This document shows, in pieces, positions 36,494 through 49,837 of a stretch of DNA of 64,000 nucleotides (position 1 is the stretch's first letter; each line of letters opens with the position of its first letter). Position numbers and translations under genes: made by a program. The DNA lies in NCBI GenBank assembly GCA_051362555.1, contig CM120649.1:17312567-17376566 (forward strand), given 5' to 3'. The notes beneath the pieces are model-generated. The model ran no database searches, was not told where the DNA came from, and saw only the letters and a list, made by a program, of their open reading frames with translations. The DNA comes from Lingula anatina. Lineage: Eukaryota > Animalia > Brachiopoda.

Positions 36494-38376
36494 ATTTGTA
36501 CCACCAGCGTTAGCGCTGGCGGTACACATGGTTTCGGTCCCGTCCGGATCGTTCCGCCGGCTCCGCCAGCTCCGCCGGCTCCGCCGGACGGCTACCTTTA
36601 CCGCTTCTCCTCCTAGACGGTAAGGGCCCCCGTGCCCATCTCATGGATTTAGGTCACCTATAATCTCAACTCGTTACACGTAAAATTTGGGCTTTGTCGG
36701 TACTGGGGTCTGGGTGTGGCACTCATTACAATGCACCCTTGTCTAAAAATGGCAAAATTAAATGCTAATTATCTACCCTAAGGAAGGAGTTATGGGAAAA
36801 ATTTCTATAGACGGCTTTCCAAAAGTCATATGTGTAGATTTCAAATATACCCTTGGATTTGACCTTTGACCCTTACTTCAAGGTCAAATGGGCCAAAATT
36901 TTCAAAAAAATGAAATTTTTTACGAAAAAAATTTTTTTTGCCCTGTTATTCAGACACTACACAGACTTAACCAATAATATTATTACCCTTCAGGTCATCT
37001 TTCATCTCCATGAATTTGTGGTCAATCGGTGCATTTTCACGGGAGTAGCGGCCATAAGATACCGAAACTGAAAACTGTCTCTAATTCGGGAACCGTTAAT
37101 GCTAGAGACCCATTCTTTTTTGCATTTTGTAGAGCATGAAAAGCCCAACACTGGAGGTGGTCTCGGTTTTTTTGTATTCCATACGGTTTTCGAGTTACGC
37201 TGTATCAAAAAGTACATATTGGTGGTAAAAGCAAAATGTGCAGTACGGTAATGGATAATAAATTTTGAACTCTGGAAAAATAAAACATAAGGCTTGGCAA
37301 AGCAGACAACTTGTGTTCAAAAATGACATTATTTCATCAAATTTGAACTTCTGAAACTTCAGAGCACCTCCTATTTCAAGAATTTTGACCAAAATGACAT
37401 TTTCTTCATTTTAAATAATTTTTTCTGTACGAAATTTAAGGCACATTATGGTAACTCCAAAATTATAACATTTAGTCCCTTATATCTCCAAAACTGGCAG
37501 AGATAGGTCCATAGTTACTATTGAAGTTGAATAGGAAGTCATATACTGGCAATCTTACTGTGACCTTGAAATTGACCTTTGACCTACTTTTCACCATGAA
37601 CTGAACTTTGCAAATTTTGCTTCCCTTTTATCTCCAAAACTGGCAGAGATAGGTCCATAGTTACTATTGAACTTGAATAGGAAGTCATATACTGGCAATC
37701 TAAATGTGACCTTAAAATTGACTTTTGACCTACTTTTTACCATGAACTGAACTTTGCAAATTTTGCTTTCCTTTTATCTCCAAAACTGGCAGAGATAGGT
37801 CCATAGTTACTATTGAACTTGATAAGAAAGTCATATACTGGCAATCTAAATGTGACCTTGAAATTGACCTTTGACCTACTTTTCACCATGAACTGAATTT
37901 TGCAAATTTTGCTTCCCTTTTATCTCCAAAACTGGCAGAGATAGGTCCATAGTTACTATTGAACTTGAATAAGAAGTCATATACTGGCAATATAAATGTG
38001 ATCTTAAAATTGACCTTTGACCTACTTTTTATCATGAAGTGAACTCTGCTAATTTCTTTCTCTTTTAACTTCAAACTTGACAGAGCTAGGTCCATAGTTA
38101 CTCTTGAACTTGAATAGGAAGTCATATACTGGCAATTTACTGTGACCTTGAAATTGACCCTTGACCTATCTTACGAAGAACTTAAATTTGATTGTACCAT
38201 ATATATTTTTTGCAATAGTTTAAAAATTCTTGTTGATTGCATTTTTACAGCTTGTCAAGCACAAAACTGGTGGCTGTGTCCCTTTTTTTGTGTATGTGGG
38301 GGTCTATACGAATGCGCTTGCTCCAGCTGGTGGTACAATATTCGGAGGCAGTATCGCCTCTCTGATCCTCTAGTTT
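36494..38376 (+). mobile_element. Helentron-associated non-autonomous element (HINE/DINE-1-like)
   Basis: 5' subTIR TTGTACCACCAGC within the hairpin TGTACCACCAGCGTTAGCGCTGGCGGTACA, then a GTCC/CCGCCGGCT microsatellite and a central tandem array. The 3' inverted copy GCTGGTGGTACAA (38326-38338) is followed by a GAGGC..GCCTC stem-loop and CTAG-TTTTT. Confidence 0.85.
37478..38168. repeat. 146-bp tandem array (about 4.7 copies) inside the HINE
   Basis: AGATAGGTCCATAGTTAC recurs at 37501, 37647, 37793, 37939 and (variant) 38084. Confidence 0.95.
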
Positions 38377-38540
38377 TTATTTGAGATTTTAAGTTAATTG
38401 TAGACACTTGATGATCACATGCAGTAAATTTCATTTACCCTTTAAATGTTCTTTAGACTTAGTGCTCAGAACTAACTAGTGCCTTAATTTGGAGGCATGG
38501 ATTTCAAGTATCCTTTTACTGCCATGATGGAGCTTAGGTA

Positions 38541-38581
<41 letters not shown>

Positions 38582-41500
38582 GCAATACACTGAAAGTGAC
38601 TAGAAGTCAAACATAGTTTATTCTTGTGCTGATGTTAAATAAGGAGTAGTTTTTATTCAAAAACTTTATTTATTCAAAAGATAAAAGGTACAGTGTCACA
38701 TTTAATGCAGGTTGAACTAGATATTACATTGTATCTTCTTAATATGATAATTTACGATGCTCAGGAGAGCAATGCTGTTATGCTGGAATAGTGTGTAAGT
38801 GGTTATTATTGATTTAAAAATCTTGATCGTTCTAATTCTAATGTGAACATGCCTCTCACCTCTTAGTCTGTAAATACATTTTTTGAAAGTGCGAAGGGGA
38901 TTTATGCCAGGAGGGTGAGGCACGGTGCTGAAGTTTGATCCAAATAAATGTTTTTTCTCAATATTTTTAGCAACTTCTCAGTTGGCCCAGCACTGGGAAA
39001 ATTAGTGGTAATGGACTTTTAGCACCCCTGGGTGTTTTTATAGGTTCCTTATAGGTGAAGTGAGGTTAAGTTCTGTGAAAAGTGAATGTTGAGACGGAAA
39101 TCTTACATAATAAAATCCGGAGTTGCAGGCAAAAAAGTACTTTGGGTGTTGTGTTTACTTCACTTGATTTATTATTGGCATGAAAGAAAGAATACTTACA
39201 GATTGTTTTGGTCATTTTTAACATTTTGGAAAGTGATTAGTTACAGCCACATGTTAAGAAGTATGATGGAAAAGAAAGAAAAGTAATAGATATTGGATGC
39301 AATTTATTTTGGCATTGCTGTGGCTGTTTCAGATACCATATCGTGAAACTGTTTCATGTATGCTTGTCTAATAGGTTTTATTGAAGTCTAGCAATTAACA
39401 AATAAAAAATATATATTCTGACTGAAAACAAAACTCTTAACAAAAATTTTAAAAAGTCATGTTAGGAGGGACTGTCAGTTTTTTTTTTTTTTTTTTTTTT
39501 TAAGATAGTAAGACTGCATTGCCGTACTATCTAGATCAATCTAACAGTGTGGGGTTTTTCACTAAAGTGCCTTCATTGTAATCAGCTTACGATGGGTTTA
39601 CTATGGGACTGCCTGGCATTGCCCCTTGAGTTACTGGGGTAACTCACAATGAAACAAACAGAAATGAGTTTAAAGACACAAAAGAAATGATATTGGTAAA
39701 GAAAATAGGAAAGACACTGCACACTGCCCACACCCCAGGTGTCCCCATTTTTTTCTTCTCACCCTCTTGCTTCCCTCTCTCTCTCTCTTTCTAATTACTG
39801 TCCCTTCCCTTCTCTCCCACCCCCAGCCTCTCCCTCTGTCTACCCCCCCCCTCTGTCAGTGCCTACCCCTCTCCCCCACCTTTCTCTCGCAGATACTGTC
39901 TAGTATATAGATGCTACCTATGCCTACATATTTTCTCGCCAATTTAAGAACAGAAAAGGCAGCATTGCAAAATGACAGTCATAGCAGTTTGCATTTTTCA
40001 GTATTGACTAATTGGAACCCTTGAGACTTGGGAGTACTTACTCAACCTTGCCTCAGTATGATACTCCAGGGACATCAGAAATTGGCTCATTCATGCATGT
40101 AAATTGAAGCAGTATGGTAGATCAGTGTGTGCCTGGGTAGACAGTAAGTATGTATTATAAGATGCAGAAGTGTCTGTGCGTGTTACTATTACCCTACCAA
40201 CTGTGTCTGTTGGTACTCTGTAGCAAGAACAGGATCGAGCTGGGGACGTGCACATTTTGTGTCAAAATTTCAAAGTATAGGGTATTAAGATATTACCAAG
40301 CCTCTGAGATGAGAAATTAAAATAAATGTTCTAACTGCAATTGTTGTAAATAAAACACCATTTTATCAACAGAGACGAGTTTGAGTTACAAACATTATTT
40401 ACTGTCTCTTTACTTTTCATACACATGCAAGGGTATTTTTAGTCTTATCTCTCTGAACTCATCATATGTCTGCTTATTTTCTTTTCATTGTCTTTTCATG
40501 GTCAAGAAAATACCATTCTATACTTTGTCAATCAAATATTCATTATTTCCTTATCTGGCAATCTCTTGAAGTTTTTTATTTTTGTTAACTCACAATTTCA
40601 ATTAGAAAATAATCCCAAGCATTTGACTTAACAAAAAATGCAGAAAAAAGGCGTCTGTAAGTCAGTGCAGCTTCTTATTGTCTTGCTCTTTTTTATTGAT
40701 TAAAAGACATTAAATGCATTCAAAAATCTGTCTACGCTTGGAGAAAGTCTGTCAAAGCTCTCGAGACGCGGACATTTCTCCAGATGATTCCTGGGTAATT
40801 AAGAAGACTCGTCAGGAATTAGTTCTATTTCCGTTGATTTTCTTGGGTAATTATGTGCAAAGGTTGTGCGTGTTTTAGAATAAAAACCTCTCAGACATGA
40901 GAACATAATTATTTACTCTCACTGAATGGTATCATTGATGGAGAAATGTGTTAAACTGTAATATTTTGTTGTTAAATCATATGACAAGTTTCAGAGTTGT
41001 CTGGTAGTAAGTTCTGGTATAAAAAGTTGTCATGTCTTTTGGTTATAAAATAGAACATTCCAATTTAATTTAATGGACTTAAGTGATTTGTCTTTGGACA
41101 AAGTAGACTGCAATTTAAAGAAATATATGTCAAAAAATTTGACCATCAGTTTCTGGTGCTAAATAGTTCTCAGGACAGCTGTTATTTATATGACATTTCT
41201 ATTTCTATATCCATTTCTATTTCTGCACATGTTTTACCATGAAGTTATGTAACTTCATGCTAAAGTCACGTGTACATACACTCTGTAACATCCTGTCAGC
41301 CTAAGAGAAAAAAAAGATAAAAATTTCTTTAACTATTGCACTGAAAATTTTATCTTAATGATATAATTTCACAGAGACAGATTATGATTTTGATTAAATT
41401 GAACAACACCGTGGGCAGACTGGTAGTGGAAAACTGATGTGTCTGGATCATCAAAGTAATGCGATCACAGTGTGATGGGATGATTAACAATGGAAAGGAC

Positions 41501-43052
41501 ACTGATCATTTTGTATGTCATGCAACAGAACCATAAACTGTCAAAGCTTGTTTGTTAAGTAACTGTAAAGAAGCAGAGGTCCTTGAAGGCAGAGCTGCTT
41601 CAGAAGCTTACTGGGCCCTGATTTTGCTTTTTTACAAGGCATGTGGGGGTGGGAATTTGAGATGTCGGTTCTGCATGAAGTAGAGAGGGATTGAAGGCGT
41701 GTTTATGTGGAAGCAGGCTCAGTTATCCTTCTTAGGTAGTGATTTGGTGCATTTTATTTTACCTTTTAGACGTTTGTGTAAGGGATTGCTTAGGCATAAC
41801 AATGCTAATTTGATAAAGCATTGGCACATGTTAAATTATTTCAAGTCAGTTTGAAGTTTTCTTTAAATAAAGTAAAATAATGCAATTGGTACTTGTCAAA
41901 AAAATTTCCATGTAAAAAGGGTCGGTGGGTGGTGTTTTTGTTAATCAAATATTTGCTGATTCTATCCTCTGATTGGCTCCGATTGCTGAGCACTATCTCC
42001 TGATCAGATAAAGATGCAAGAGTTAAATTCTATTTACGTAGTTTGAGAACCTTTGTCTCTAGCCAGTGTCAAAGTGCAGTCACTGTACTTGGAGATTTTC
42101 CCCTGGGAAACAAAATTATATTGATCATAAGAAGACGTATTTAGTATTATTCTCTAAGGTACCCTTAGCCAACGGGGATCTAACTTTTGAGATAACTCTC
42201 CGGTAATGATTCTAATTCAAATGATCATGTGGTTTCAAATACCTCCTAAGGGAGCACAGAAATAGTAGTATTTGTATGGATTCAAAGCCAAGCTTTAGGA
42301 AATGTTTGCGTTTCATATGATTGGTTTTCAACCGATTTTACTCAAGGGAGCTTCAAAAAGATTATGACTATTATGTGTTTCAATCTCAATGTCCATCATA
42401 AGATATATTCAGACTGATAGAAAAATAATTTACAAACCCACTCGAGTTTTTTTTCTCTTTTAGCAGGAACGGGTGTTTCTTCCTGTTCCACAGAAATACT
42501 TGCGGTTTTCGTAACTACTATTTCATGGATTTTCTCCACCCAGTGTCAGTTATTGATGGTCAATATAGGCCTTCTCTTGGGGGGCACTGGCCATTTCGTT
42601 CAACTGCAATACCAGTAAAGCACTGGTCAGTAGAAGTTAATGGGCGAACTAACTGTTGGCTATTTAAAGTGGAAACTGTCAAGTGTCTGCTGGAATTACT
42701 CCATAGAATTAAACAGAATTTATTGACAATATTTTTAATTAAATGAAAGCAATGTTTTGCCTATGGTGGCATGCCCCAAAACAGAATCGGCCGATTTCAT
42801 AAAGGAGGTTTAACTAAACCTAGTTTAAGGCTAAAACCTAGTCTAGCAAAACCTGGTCTAACTCAAGACCTAAACTGCATTTCACTAACAGTGTAGGAAA
42901 GCTAGAAAACCAGGTTTAGCTAAACCAGTTTTAACTTGGTCTTGACCTCCTGTTGAATGTAACATGATTACATAGACAAAGAAATCACTGAACTGTGTCA
43001 GTAAGCTAGGCGTAAATGAATAGATGACACACACTAGCGTTAAAGCAGATAA

Positions 43053-43950
43053 AGCCACGGTCACAACCGGACGCACGAATTTCAGGATCGTACGTCCCCT
43101 GCGATTTTTGGGTGTTGCGGAGGCCGTGGAGGTCGTAGAGGTAGAGGAAAATCTGCCTTGCGAGTCGCAAGGGCCACATGAGATGTCCTTTCAAGCAGGA
43201 ACGCTAATTGCAAGGAGCGATGGCCGTGGAAATTGTACTAATTTCTTGAGTTTGTCTTGCTTCCTGTGTACATGGCACACACTCATCACTTACGAAGGGA
43301 ATGCAACGCACGGCGAAAGTAGTGCCCTTTTGCGTCAGTTTTGCTTCACACTTGCCTCACACATTTGTGGTGACGTACTGACGGCGTACGTCAGATTTGC
43401 TTCCTGTTCTCCTCTTCTTTCTTCTTCCTCCGCCCTTTTTTCTACTATGTAAGCTTTTTTCTCTTGCCTTTTGGAGGCATATTAGAAACTAAATTGAGCA
43501 AAAATTTGAAAATTTTGAAAGTTTGTGTAAACGTTACACAGTCGACGTTCATTGTAAAGATACGAGCGTGAGTCGTGAGCACGTCTTTTATACACCAGGC
43601 ATGGGGGTGACGCACGTGCGACGCATTCCCGGTGTGCTCTCGACTTTGTTCGTTAGTTATGAGGGCATGCGCCTTACTCAACACGCAAAGGGCACTCGCT
43701 CCTTCATTGCTTGCGACGCGTGTCTCTCTTGCTAACTCCGTGCGAGGGGAGCAAGTTACGCTTGCGGCCTTGCTGTTCGCAGACTATTCGTAGAATCTTT
43801 TGGACATGTCCAACATCCTCCGTACGTGCTTACGGGCTATCTGGGTACTCGAAATTTCGTAAGAAGGACTTGCGTGGGACGTGAGATTCTGCCCAAAATT
43901 TGGACGCAAACAGCCAGTAAGAGCCCGTACGACCGGTTGTGACCGAGGCT
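43053..43950. mobile_element. Second Harbinger-type element nested in the first
   Basis: TIR AGCCACGGTCACAACCGG ... CCGGTTGTGACCGAGGCT with TAA duplication (43050-43052 and 43951-43953). CpG-rich interior; minus-strand remnant MPPKGKRKKLT. Confidence 0.9.
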
Positions 43951-44003
43951 TAAGCTGTGTAGCTCATGTGAGAAAAACCTTTGGAAGTAAAGAGCACGTG
44001 AAA

Positions 44004-44180
44004 ATGAGCCGAAAGAGAGCGGAGAATCTTTCTGCTGAAGAGAAGGGATACATCTCAGAACTAATAAAGGAGAAGTCCAACATCATTGAATCATAGAAAA
44101 ATGATGTCACATCAAGTCAAAGAAAAAATGAGGCGAGGAAAGAAATTACAACAAGATTCTTCTTGCGTCCAAATTGTTAA
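44004..44180 (+). pseudogene. Truncated Myb/SANT-like (NAIF1/MSANTD-type) DNA-binding ORF of the Harbinger element
   Basis: MSRKRAENLSAEEKGYISELIKEKSNIIES*KNDVTSSQRKNEARKEITTRF fits the R..NFS..EK..L..LI....IIE.K..D.....K..AW..I...F pattern. It has an in-frame stop and has lost the conserved Trp. Confidence 0.8.
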
Positions 44181-47100
44181 GTGCTCGAATATCACGCAAG
44201 TCTACGTCAGCCATCTTTTTTCCAAGCTACAGAGTTAAACCTGGGTCTGACCAGGTTTATTTTTAGACTTGGTCTGGGTCCATAATCCGGGTATCAAAAA
44301 CTTAGACCTCAATTATGAAACACAAACCTGTCTAGACCAGGTTTAGAATGATGTTAAGCCATGTTTTACTAGACCACTGGTCCAATACTAAAACCTCCTT
44401 TATGAAATGCAGGTAATCCCTAAACCTGGTGTAAACTCACTTTAGACCAGGTTTAACTTTAAACCTCCTTTATGAAATTGGCCGAATATTTTCAGGAGCC
44501 TCAGTGGGAGAAACATTGTTTTCCCATTATTTATTTATTTATTTATTTATTTATCATCAAGAAATGTATGAAAATCAATGTGATGAAATGTTTTGTTTGA
44601 GTGTGGTTTGCAGAATTTTTTAGTAATTACCTTACCTCAGGTCAGATATAACATGTCCTTTGTATAACATTGGAGTGGAAAATGCCAAGCAAAGGTTACA
44701 TTGGTTACATGTAGAAGATTGCAGTCGATATGTCACAATGTCACTGCCTTATTGTGAAGTCATTTGAGAAATGGAATGTCAGGATTATTGGCAAAAAGTC
44801 TGCATTGTAGTTGATACATTTGTACGTTTTTATTCACTGTGATGTTATTTCACTTGGCGCTTTGTTTTATTCAAAAATATGTGTCAACTGTGTTGAATTC
44901 CTTTTATTTTTCATGACTATCAGAGAATGTGAAGGTACTTACAATGACATATCAAAGTCAAAGGATGATGTTATTATGGTTAACAACATGATGTTATTAT
45001 GGTCCAATGTCAGTTGTGTTATGCAATCAAAATTGATCATTGCAATCAGTCTAGTCCACTCTCCCATGAAGTCCACAGCATGAGGTCATGCAGCCTTTGA
45101 TGATTGCAATCAGCTTTCATAACCAGGAATATAAGCTTAGCACATCAAAGTGCAGTGTATTCATATAGGCTTTCACTGCAGGTTTTTCATCACTATCATA
45201 TCATATCTGTCACATGGGGCGCCAAAAGTAACCAAGTTCATTTCTATCTTTAAATGCATTTAACTGAATGTGTAAAGCGACCTGTTATTGTAGCACTTTA
45301 ATTTTGTTCCATCAGCAGCCGTATGCAATTAGTACATCATACCGCCAGCAGCTAGAACATTTTACTGTTATAATGCCGTTGTCCTCTCTAGGGTAGCAAT
45401 GGCGATATGGGTATATATCTAAAGATAGTCAATGAAACTTCAATAAAACCTTGAACCACCAACAGAGGTGTATCAGAATCATACTGTTGCAGAAGCGAGA
45501 ATGATGTAATTGTGGGTGCAAACTCAAGGCATTAGTGACTGTACGATGTACCCTGTAATTTTTGAGGCTCATCTGCTGCAAACGTCAACTGCATCGGTAC
45601 AGCTGCTCAGGCAATGGGGAAATATTAGATCAAAGGACAACAGATAAAATATCATCAGTTATTGACAAGTTATTGGAGAAGAGGGAGGGAGTGCCCTAAA
45701 TTTTGAAAACATTTGAGCATGTAATATGACATAAAAATGAAAATTAAGCTTGATGGAAACTGCCTAGGATTATATATTGCACAGGAGACGAGCAGAAGAA
45801 ATATTTTCAAATTAAGTTTTTCGAGAATTTGAGATGACAGGCTTTGGCATTTCTTTTAAGTTATGCTATTTGAAAACTATGATGGCATTTGGTTGAGTTT
45901 TGTGGCAACAATTTTACTTCATATGTAACTTTAATGTAGGAATTATAAAAAGAGAAAAAAAATAACAGGAAAGAAAGTTTATGGTGGCCCACAATATGTC
46001 TAGGTAACCAGCTTAGTGTAAATTTTAGATTCAGTGCAGGAGCAGCAAATTCTTTAATCTCACAGTGGGGATATCTGGATGTTTTTGTAGATGTCTTCAA
46101 TAGGGTTCGTAGGAGTTTTGAGCCCTCAACAGGGGTTATGCAATTGACCTGAAACTAAGGGTGGCTCCTAAATCTGGAAGATGAGGCGCTTTCACGAAGA
46201 ATTTGATAACCATGATAGATCTTTGGTTGTTCTTGTTTTTTATATTAAAAACTAAAGAAATGATCTATATTTTCTATCAAAAAGTACTTTGTTTTATTGG
46301 AGTATTACAGATTATTATTGATCTTGGATTATAATGGAACAAAAGTGTTTAACCTCCAAGTAAAATACATTTTTCGGTTTTTAGTTATTTTAAGAAACTA
46401 GCCAGTTGATTGGTTTTGGGAAATTAAGTTGCAAATGTTTTAGCTTTAATGAAAAGAAAATACAGTTGTCTACCAATACATTTTCTTGACGAGAGGCAAC
46501 GGTAAAATAAAATGAAAAGTAAATGTTTTTAATTCATCCGCTGAATTATTTTCCTAATTATCTAGACAGGGAGAAATACAAGTTAGCCGAGTTAAGCACA
46601 GGCAAAGATAGAAAAAGATCTCACTCTATTACAGGTGACCTTGCTGTTGACCTTGCTTTTGTCACTGATCTGCATAGCAGGAATGATACAGATGTTAAAT
46701 TATTAAAAGAGAACAATAAAATAAATGATGATTAAAATGAATAATGATAATAATAATACAGGAAAAAGAATTTTTGGGGATATAAAATGTACCATTCAGC
46801 TTTACCGATATTATTATTATTATTTATTAATTAATAATAATGATAATAATAATAATTTATTACAATAAAAACAACAACAACAAAAATTATAATAACAGCT
46901 ATAAGATATGGAGGGTTGATAGTAAGAACCCCACCATCCTGGTCATTGCCCCCCTGCATGTGTGAGACTAGACAGGTTAAGTAAGACCACCTGCCACAAG
47001 GTGCTCATAGTGTGGATGGTATTGGATAACAAAATGCCAGGGGGCGGTTGTTCAAACAAACAGCTAATGCGTCCCTCATGAAGGGCTGTGCCTCATGCAT

Positions 47101-47726
47101 GGTTAACCAGAAGTTATTCTGGCTCGATTTTTTTGTGTGTGTGTTTGAGGAGGGTTTGGGAAGAGGGGGGGGGGGGGGGGGGGGGGGCGATGAGGGAGGA
47201 TGGACTTACTGTTTTCATTGGGGGATGGGGGAGTTGGGGGAATTGACCAGAGTTAGAGGATAGCTAGGTGAGAGACGGCTGTGGGTAGGGATGAGGAGGA
47301 ATAAAACTGTTGATTTGAAGGGTATCACCTCTTGTTACATAAAGAATATCCCAAATTTTATGGTAGTTCCGCAAATGTTTTCTTTAGTTCTTCATACCAC
47401 CATGTATAAGAAAAAAAGATTATTATTGAATTGCTCACTCTCAGTTTTTTTCATTGATAAAGGTTGTGCCTCAAAAAAAGGTTTAGACGTGGGTGTTTTC
47501 TGGCTTGTTTGTACATGTGTGTGCACACGGGTGTACCTGTGGTAAACACATGGTTATAACTATATAAGTAAATTTTCTTATCAGGCACAGTCAGACGGAA
47601 CGATCACATTTCAACATTTCATGTTGATGTTACATAACACAATCAGATACATTGTTTTTTATAGGAGTCAAAAAAGTTTCATTGACCATTTCACGATTCC
47701 CCTTCATTTCACACTGGATAATCTTT

Positions 47727-47903
47727 GGCTCCATTCAGAATAGGGGACTAACTGGTCCGAAGTCAAATATGGCAACCTACTACAAAGCTTGCCATCTAAT
47801 CTGCTACAAGACAATGAATAGATATCTCGCGGGGAAGTATTCAAGTTGGTCGGCCATATTTGACCCACCGACTAGTTACAGTAGTCCCCTATTGAGAATG
47901 GCC
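47727..47903. mobile_element. Short MITE related to family B
   Basis: CCATTCAGAATAGGGGACTAACT..GTCAAATATGGC is inverted as GCCATATTTGAC..TAGTCCCCTATTGAGAATGG. Confidence 0.75.
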
Positions 47904-48111
47904 TTGTGGGATGGATCATATGCCAATGTCCCTGAATGCCCCTTTCAGCACACATGGCATATACAGATTTTGACTGCAGCTAGCCTCTCTGCGTAACACC
48001 TGTCATTTCTACAGCTGGAAGTATTACACATTTGTATGAGATAATAAAGCACAGATGAATGAGTTTTCATTTTAGTTCAGAAACACTACTTTTTATATGC
48101 TACTAGTGTTA

Positions 48112-48368
48112 GGCTTCGTTCACATGCAATGTCTATTTTCTAATTTCTATTTTCTATTTGCGCTATCTTATGATCACGGTCTGTGTCCTGAATATCCCGC
48201 CGCGTAATTACTGGCAGCGCGAGCCAGTTACTTATAGTAACTTATAGTAACTGGCTCGCGCTGCCAGTAATTACGCCGCGGGATATTCAGGCCACAGAAC
48301 GTGATCATAAGACATACCGCAAATAGAAAATAGAATTTAGAAAATAGACATTGCATGTGAACGAAGCC
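48112..48368. mobile_element. Near-perfect palindromic Harbinger-type MITE
   Basis: GGCTTCGTTCACATGCAATGTCTATTTTC ... GAAAATAGACATTGCATGTGAACGAAGCC with TTA duplication; the arms pair almost to the centre. Confidence 0.93.
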
Positions 48369-49632
48369 TTATAGTTGATGTTAACTTTACCATAATGCAA
48401 CACACGCACCGGTTGACCCTTCAACCATGAAATGGTCAATCTCGTCTTTGCTCTTTTTTTTTATTGCTTAATGCTTATGTGGTAGTTTTGATCTTACTTG
48501 ATGGGAGTATCATGAGAACTATAGAATCTATTTGAGCTGCATGCATATCTGGATTTCTGTTGCTTTATTAGCATTTGATGTTGTGGTTAGCATGAAAAGA
48601 AAAGCTTTTCTAATTTCATTTCTGTCGGACTTTTTATGTGTGTTGCGATCTTAAAGTTCAAGGCAAAGGCTGCCAAGGCACAGCTCGGTTATCAGACAAA
48701 AAAAAATCCTGTATAATTAAATTCAGCTTTACCGTTTAGAATTTTGTTACATTGCCAAAAATAAACTCGATGTCAGACAGGTAGGTTGGCTCCTTTCGAT
48801 CATGTAAAATTATTGGCCAGTAATCTGGTCTTTTTGAAATGATATCAGACTAAATAAATTGATTAAACTAGTAGTGTTTTCCAAAGTTAACTTTACGTGA
48901 TGTGGTAATTAATTAAAAGGAACAAGGATGGTTTTGTCTGTAACTCATTCATAATCGTGTAATAAACAGGTTTTCCCCACTGAATTTTGAATTTTCGGGC
49001 TTTTGTTGGGGGGGGGGGGGTTGAAATTCCATAGTTCAGATCGAGAGAGGAGAGTTCAATTTATTTAAATTAATTTTTACATGTTTTATATTTCTGGTTT
49101 AAATATTAAAAAAAAAATTAAAAATGTGAATCAAACACATTTGGGTATTTTTGATTTACAGTTATATTTATTTCACAAAAATATATTTTTCCATATTTAC
49201 AAATAAATTGTTTTCAAGAAAAATCTAAGTTAAATACTACAAGCTCCTGAATATGAATTCAAGAAAAATATTTTAAACATAACGTATCATTCGTATAATT
49301 AGTATACTTACAGACTTCTAGAATTGATGCATTCATTGCAAATAAGAATGAAATGTTGTAATATATTACAAAGAACATGCATCATTTTTAATTATCGATT
49401 CCCATTATTTGCCTCGGCTTGCCTTTGCAGATTGAATTCAAGAATTTGATAAAATACTGTGTTCTAATATAAAAAAACCCAACATTGCCAACTAAAAGGA
49501 TGCCATTTGTCAGTGTCAGATAAAAAGGAGATTGGCTTCCTCTAAAAGCAAGATTCATAACCGATCTCTTACTTAATTGTCTAATCAATCAGTAAGTTAT
49601 ACTTGGTTTTCTTTTTATGTAAAGCTACTCTC

Positions 49633-49837
49633 AGGGGCCGTTTGAATGGGTAAGTGTGCACTAACTAGTGCGCAGTAACTCCACGGGGACTCTTGCTGAA
49701 TGCAATCAGATTAACAGACTTACATACTCATAAAATCACCAGCTTATCTAAATTCTAGTTAAGGCCAAGAGTAGCTAGTTGCATTCAGCTAGTGTCCCCC
49801 TAGAGTTAATGTACACGAGCTAGTAAGAATGGCCCCT
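49633..49837. mobile_element. MITE family C, copy 1
   Basis: AGGGGCC..GGCCCCT termini with internal arms GGGGACTCTTGCTGAATGCAA / TTGCATTCAGCTAGTGTCCCC. Confidence 0.75.

Larger units (their letters stand above)
42788..44484. mobile_element. Non-autonomous PIF/Harbinger element (outer)
   Basis: TIR CGGCCGATTTCATAAAGGAGGTTTA ... TAAACCTCCTTTATGAAATTGGCCG, 3-bp duplication AAT, many AAACC(A/T)GGT subterminal motifs, and a Myb/SANT gene remnant. Confidence 0.9.

Noticed and set aside
43024-43735. 142-aa and neighbouring ORFs
   Set aside because: They lie within the GC-rich nested Harbinger element, cross its boundary, and show no transposase motifs.
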